Below are positions 55,569 through 60,066 of a DNA stretch of 60,066 nucleotides, piece after piece; position 1 is the stretch's first letter; every line of letters starts with the position of its first letter. The DNA comes from a virus. Its lineage: Duplodnaviria; Heunggongvirae; Uroviricota; Caudoviricetes. A program made the translations under genes and the position numbers. The notes under the pieces are model-generated. The model was given only the letters and a program-made list of their open reading frames with translations. It had not been told where the DNA came from and searched no databases. The stretch covers positions 1-60,066 of IMG/VR virus record IMGVR_UViG_3300037851_000345. One strand, given 5' to 3'.

Positions 55569-56587
55569 ATCTGTTAGTGTTTGCAGACTTGCACCTAGGG
55601 AAGAAATTAAGCAACGCCTATTTTCTAGACCTTGACTTGCAAGTGATTGACAGGATTTGCGAGGAAGTACAGCGGAGTTGCATCGATAAGATTATTTTCC
55701 TAGGCGATTTCTTTCACAACCGAAGTGAATCCACGCCGAGAGCGATGGGGGTGGCTAGGGAAATCTTGGACAAGTTGGATTGTCTAGGCATCCCTGTCAT
55801 TATGATTATCGGCAACCACGACCACTACTACAACAATAAGAAGGACGGCAACTACTACAGGATTTTCAAAGACCTGTTCCGCAACATCACCTTCGTGGAA
55901 TCGATGGGGAGAGACGCTGATTTGCTCTACGTGGGTTGGATGCAGACCCCTGAAGAAGAGTCGGCATACAAAGAACTATCCAAAAAATGCAAGTGGATTT
56001 TCGGACACTTTGAGTTCAAGGGGGCAGAAATGTCTGAGTACTACAAGACCACGGCAGGGTTAGAGAACGACAACCTCAATTCCTACATTTTCTCAGGACA
56101 CATCCATCAGCGTTCACAGCAGGGCAAACTACACTACATCGGTTCCCCGTACCCGCAGACGTGGCTAGCCCGTAATAGACACGACTACGGTTACTGCTTG
56201 GTGGATACCGATACGGAAGAAATTAAGTTCGTCGACTTGGGGTTGTACCATTTCAACGAGTATAAGTTACAAAATCTTTTAATGCGGATAGCAATGAACA
56301 AGGAATCGGTTAAGAAGGAAATGTTAAACAGCGAAACGAAGATAATAGTAGATGTTCCTTTAAATGAAAAACAATTTTCAGATATCAAAATATATTTGAA
56401 TACTTTTAAACCAAAAAATCTTTTAGTTGAAAAAGAAGAATTAATAATGAATTCCAATACACCATACACCAATTTACAGTTAAATACCCCAATGGAATTT
56501 ATTCAAGATTATATTTCTGGAATGAAAATAGAATCTTTACAAAAAAATAGAATTCTTGAAAAGGTAAAAAGAATTTTGGGTTCATAA
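55565..56587 (+). CDS. gp47: Mre11/SbcD-like recombination nuclease
   Basis: ADLHLG, LGDFF, GNHD, GHFE, SGHIH, YIGSP. Confidence 0.93.
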   Translation: MNLLVFADLHLGKKLSNAYFLDLDLQVIDRICEEVQRSCIDKIIFLGDFFHNRSESTPRAMGVAREILDKLDCLGIPVIMIIGNHDHYYNNKKDGNYYRIFKDLFRNITFVESMGRDADLLYVGWMQTPEEESAYKELSKKCKWIFGHFEFKGAEMSEYYKTTAGLENDNLNSYIFSGHIHQRSQQGKLHYIGSPYPQTWLARNRHDYGYCLVDTDTEEIKFVDLGLYHFNEYKLQNLLMRIAMNKESVKKEMLNSETKIIVDVPLNEKQFSDIKIYLNTFKPKNLLVEKEELIMNSNTPYTNLQLNTPMEFIQDYISGMKIESLQKNRILEKVKRILGS

Positions 56588-56595
56588 TGAAAATA

Positions 56596-56696
56596 ATAAA
56601 TAATAGTGAGAGACAGGGTTCGCCACCTTTTCGAAATGCTTGTACCATTTCGGATTATCTCACTAAAATTTTGACTTGTACAAGGAGTTGAAGATG
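56596..56696 (+). ncRNA. Repeated structured leader, copy 4
   Basis: P1 TAGTGAGA/TCTCACTA; loop CTTGTAC complementary to GTACAAG (56678-84). Confidence 0.8.
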
Positions 56697-57224
56697 GAAA
56701 AAGACGAAGAGAAAAAGATTTGGGGATTTATTTATCTATTTTCAATTGATGGGATTCGCATTCTCGAATCACATTATGATATTCTTAAAAATATTAAATC
56801 TTTTTTAAACAAAAGAGAAATATTTTGGATTGAAAAATTAAATACATTTGACCCCAAACAAGAAAAAGGATGGAATCTTAATAAAGGCGGTGGCACTCAA
56901 TTAGGATACAAACATAGAGAGGAAAGTAAAAATAAAATAAAAATAAATTCACCTAATCATTGTGGTGAAAAAAATCCAATGTTCGGCAAAAGAGGTAAAG
57001 ATAGTCCATCTTGGGGAAGAAAAAGACTAGACCTTTCAAAAAGAAATAAAGAACAACCAAAAAGAAAATCAGCAATTTTATTTTCTTCAGATGGAAAAAA
57101 ATATCAAATTTGTAATATAAAACTTTTTTGTGAAAAATATAAATTAAACCCAATTAATATACGTCGTGTTCTTCAAGGAAAACGAAATCATCATAAAGGT
57201 TGGATAGGGAAATATGTACAATGA
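56694..57224 (+). pseudogene. Internally deleted GIY-YIG homing endonuclease with NUMOD3-like DNA-binding tail
   Basis: GFIY present, but the YIG motif and catalytic-Arg helix are missing; REIFWI..LNT...GWNLNKGG, GEKNPMFGK, HHKGW are retained in frame. Confidence 0.75.
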
Positions 57225-57295
57225 TAAACAAAGGCTGTGGGTTAACAGACAGACAAAGGTTTTATGTTATAATGCATAAGGAATGTCTTTGACCT

Positions 57296-57463
57296 ATGAC
57301 TACTAAACATTGTGATGATTGTGAGTATCTCGACTTTGAAAAATTCTGTGCGTATGCTACTGCGGACGGCTGCCAACGACCTCAAAGCGGCCAGCCTATT
57401 CCTTGTAAATATGCAGAGGATTGTTGTGAATTTCTTCAAATGGAAAAACGAGACAACGCCTAA
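57296..57463 (+). CDS. Small Cys-rich protein (55 aa)
   Basis: MTTKHCDDCEY...C...C...C...CC (manual translation). Confidence 0.5.
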   Translation: MTTKHCDDCEYLDFEKFCAYATADGCQRPQSGQPIPCKYAEDCCEFLQMEKRDNA

Positions 57464-57467
57464 GATA

Positions 57468-58511
57468 ATGACAAACGAAATAATCGATTTCATCAAACGC
57501 CTGCTTCAATCGAAACACGGGAGTTTAGAGAAAGCCCGATACTCCCTGAGCCGTGAAGAAATCAATGCCCGTTGCCCTTATTGCTTGGATAGCCGCAAGA
57601 ACACTCACAAGCGCAGATTCTACTACAGCCTCAAAGACAACGTATTTTATTGCCACAACTGCGGACGCAAGGGGCCGTTCGCCAAACTTCTTAACGACTT
57701 CAAAAATCTTCCTACCGTTGACTACGATAAGTTGGAAAAGGAAGTCGGCCTGCAAAAAGTTAAGGACTTCATCGATGGAGAACACAAAGTCCAAGAACAG
57801 AAAGTACAGGAGGCCGAGTGGAGTTTGGAGTACCCTGACGGCGCAAGGCTCGACACGCTGTTCGAAAACAAGGTCTACAAGAAATTACCCCAAGAGGACA
57901 AACGGGCCTTATTCAAAGCCTGCAAGTACCTTCAGAAGCGTGGAGTGAAGAAGGAGTGGTACAGATACTTTTATTTTGTGTTCCCAGGCGAGGAACATGA
58001 CCAATACATTTTGACGCTGTTCGAATACAACGGCAGTTGGGTGTGGAGCGGAAGGAAGATTGACGCGAACCGCTCCGGTCCGAAGTACCTTCACGTACAA
58101 GGGTTTCCCTTTCATCACGCTTTAGGCTTCGCCAACGAAGTCAGCACCACAAAGGGCAGGGAATTATACGTGGTGGAGTCTTGGTTCAGCGCACTTGTCT
58201 TGAATCAGGTCAATCTTAACTCCGTGTGCGTGTTCGGCCTGCAGAATATGAGGCATAATCACCCACCGCTAGAGGCCTTCAAAAACAAGTACAACATTAT
58301 TTGGGTTCCCGACTGCGACGAAACCTTTTCGCAGTTCTACGAAATCAATAAGGACTTCGCACGGAAGATGCGGGTGGTGTATACGGTCTCCAAAGATGCG
58401 GGAGATTTGGCAGTTGAGAAGGGTGATAAATTTCGCAAGTGGTTCAAGTTTCTGAAGGTAGTCTCGTTGTATGACCTTTGTGCTTTAAACGAGATGAAGT
58501 TTTTTATTTAA
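57468..58511 (+). CDS. gp61: DNA primase
   Basis: RCPYCLDS...YCHNCG Zn finger, YLQKRG, PKY, YVVES, VPDCD TOPRIM, KDAGD. Start reassigned to 57468. Confidence 0.9.
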   Translation: MTNEIIDFIKRLLQSKHGSLEKARYSLSREEINARCPYCLDSRKNTHKRRFYYSLKDNVFYCHNCGRKGPFAKLLNDFKNLPTVDYDKLEKEVGLQKVKDFIDGEHKVQEQKVQEAEWSLEYPDGARLDTLFENKVYKKLPQEDKRALFKACKYLQKRGVKKEWYRYFYFVFPGEEHDQYILTLFEYNGSWVWSGRKIDANRSGPKYLHVQGFPFHHALGFANEVSTTKGRELYVVESWFSALVLNQVNLNSVCVFGLQNMRHNHPPLEAFKNKYNIIWVPDCDETFSQFYEINKDFARKMRVVYTVSKDAGDLAVEKGDKFRKWFKFLKVVSLYDLCALNEMKFFI

Positions 58512-58526
58512 TCCCTAAATAATAGT

Positions 58527-59255
58527 ATGAAGTTCATCATACTATCAGAAAGTCTAGCATCGGCATTAAAAAAATATGGGGATACTGTAGATGTAGAGGC
58601 ATATGCCGAAGCCGACCCAACACCAACCAAAAAATATGTAGAATTTCTTTGTAAACATAATGATGATATTTTGGAGATGTATGAAGGTACAGATGATTAC
58701 GACGTAATGTATGACATCATCGAATATATACTTAAAGAGTTTAATAAAATATCAAAAAACTTACCAAAAAAAGACATCAATCAATATAAAAAATGGGATG
58801 ATGTTGTTATCGCTATAGAAGAATATGAAACAAGGAAAGATAAACGAAACCCTATCAAAAAAATTCATCCCGAGTCAGAAGTAATTTTTGAAGATAAGGA
58901 TATAATTGTTATTCGTGTGGATTCTTGGGAAGCATCACGTCAATATGGTGCTGGCAAGTTTTGTATTGCCGCTGAAGATACTGATTATTGGTATCAATAC
59001 ACAGAAAATGGTGGTAAATTCTTTTATATTTTTAAAAAAAATAATATTCACCGACCTTACGTAATAGAAGTGAGGGCCGAGAAAAAATCTATATCATTCT
59101 ATGCTTGGAATTATTTAAATGATCCAATAAATGCAATTAGATTAATGGGTGATTTTGGTATCACTAAAAATTTACTTATTAAGCAATATCAAAAACATCC
59201 ACCAGAAGACATAGATACTAATTGGGAAGATATTAAAGACGGTATTCAATTATAG
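58527..59255 (+). CDS. Conserved large-phage protein, possible internal head protein
   Basis: KDINQYK...EASRQYGAGKFCI...Y...FFYI; CTAAATA directly upstream; ILSE motif. Confidence 0.65.
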   Translation: MKFIILSESLASALKKYGDTVDVEAYAEADPTPTKKYVEFLCKHNDDILEMYEGTDDYDVMYDIIEYILKEFNKISKNLPKKDINQYKKWDDVVIAIEEYETRKDKRNPIKKIHPESEVIFEDKDIIVIRVDSWEASRQYGAGKFCIAAEDTDYWYQYTENGGKFFYIFKKNNIHRPYVIEVRAEKKSISFYAWNYLNDPINAIRLMGDFGITKNLLIKQYQKHPPEDIDTNWEDIKDGIQL

Positions 59256-59281
59256 ATAAAGTTAGATTTCTAACAATTTTC

Positions 59282-59327
59282 ATAAATAATAGTGAGACTG
59301 CAAACGACAGGAGTAACTACAAAAATG
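59282..59327 (+). repeat. 5'-half remnant of the structured leader
   Basis: ATAAATAATAGTGAGA...GACAGGAGTAACTAC; P3 and the pseudoknot are missing. Confidence 0.55.
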
Positions 59328-59849
59328 GAAATCAAAATCGTTGTGAATGAAGAACTTATTAAGAACCCTTCAAAGTGGCTTTTAAAGAATTTTGAATTGG
59401 TCGAGGAAGACCAGAAAATGTTCGTGCGATATCCGATTGACCGTGCAAAAGAACTCAGGATATTTTTCAAGAACACGCTGTTGGAGCCTGAGAAGCGTGA
59501 ACACATCAAGAAGGTGTGGAAGCCTGACGGAGAGGGAATTGAAGAACTGTTGGAGTCTTTTTGGATTGTCAAGTCCTCATCGTCAGGGGTGTTGTTGTTT
59601 GTCCCTTACGAAACCGAGGCTAGCGACAAGTCAGGCGTGTTCGTCTTGACACTTTCAAAATCCTATTTCTACCCATCACCTTTGTACTTTAAGCGTAGCC
59701 ACATCACGGGTCAGGCAATTTCGTTGTTCTATTCGCTTCCGAAGAGCATTATTTTTTTGCTAGGGGAAGGAAGCGTCTCGTTGGTTTACAACAACGCAAA
59801 TTCCATCTCTCTGAAGAAATATATTGACGCTGATTCCGTGGGGAAGTAG
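59325..59849 (+). CDS. Hypothetical protein
   Basis: Long ORF; AGGAG from the remnant could serve as SD. Confidence 0.65.
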   Translation: MEIKIVVNEELIKNPSKWLLKNFELVEEDQKMFVRYPIDRAKELRIFFKNTLLEPEKREHIKKVWKPDGEGIEELLESFWIVKSSSSGVLLFVPYETEASDKSGVFVLTLSKSYFYPSPLYFKRSHITGQAISLFYSLPKSIIFLLGEGSVSLVYNNANSISLKKYIDADSVGK

Positions 59850-59860
59850 TTTTTAGTTTT

Positions 59861-59886
59861 CTCCAAATCCCTAAATACATTTGGAG
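59861..59886 (+). promoter_or_regulatory. Late promoter in the loop of an SD-occluding hairpin
   Basis: CTCCAAAT-ccctaaatac-ATTTGGAG. Confidence 0.7.
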
Positions 59887-59897
59887 GGATTTGAAAA

Positions 59898-60066
59898 ATG
59901 CAATCCATACGGGATATTATCGACACTAAACTTTCTTTAGGTTTTAGTTATTTTTATGGGATTCAAAACGGGGAGGGATATCTCCGCAGGATGCTTCACA
60001 CGAATCCTTCTCTAGAGGCAATTTACTCGCAACTCAGAGACGATATCCAATTTGTTTCCGAAGCCG
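59898..60066 (+). CDS. Hypothetical late protein (partial)
   Basis: MQSIRDIIDTKL... open to the window end. Confidence 0.55.
   Translation, partial: MQSIRDIIDTKLSLGFSYFYGIQNGEGYLRRMLHTNPSLEAIYSQLRDDIQFVSEA

Noticed and set aside
56587-56691. MKII... ORF coupled to gp47 as the start of an interrupted gp46
   Set aside because: It reads through the leader element, and no gp46 continuation (Walker A, coiled coil) follows the endonuclease.
57312-57467. N-terminal extension of primase given in the ORF track
   Set aside because: It overlaps a Cys-rich ORF in another frame, and the primase-like sequence starts near ATG 57468.
1-60066. CRISPR array, tRNA genes, reverse transcriptase (DGR/retron)
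   Set aside because: No regularly spaced repeats, cloverleaf with T-loop consensus or YxDD RT ORF was seen by eye.

Overview
A 60-kb segment of a large T4-superfamily myophage genome, standard genetic code. 1-18.3 kb (minus strand) is the baseplate/tail module: gp7-like, gp6, gp25, gp5/Vgr, gp27-like hub, gp53, a gp48/54-like protein, a tape-measure/hub protein with an M15 peptidase domain, a gp26-like chaperone, four tandem gp19-like tube paralogs, the gp18 sheath and gp15. 18.3-40.7 kb (plus strand) holds putative internal head proteins, a nucleotidyltransferase, ribosomal protein bS21, a glycosyltransferase/FkbM cluster, and tail fibres with Gly-X-Ser repeats. 40.8-51 kb holds a wHTH protein followed by a structured non-coding region (candidate origin/ncRNA) and early genes, several apparently leaderless. 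51-58.5 kb is the replication core: gp32, UvsX, gp41, gp55, gp47 and primase. The most striking signal is a ~95-nt element present in four divergent copies (19857, 25336, 29252, 56596) plus one remnant. Each copy is a late promoter followed by a three-way-junction RNA whose 7-nt loop is perfectly complementary to the ribosome-binding region of the downstream homing-endonuclease gene or remnant, with different sequences across copies (a covarying pseudoknot). Two copies now drive only 33-38-aa GIY-YIG stubs that overlap glycosyltransferase start codons (ATGA), and one insertion splits a GT2 domain. Other highlights: a probable +1/-2 programmed frameshift in the tail chaperone, T4-style RBS-occluding late-promoter hairpins, and a possible virion glycosylation system. 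All calls come from manual reading; no database search or folding program was run.
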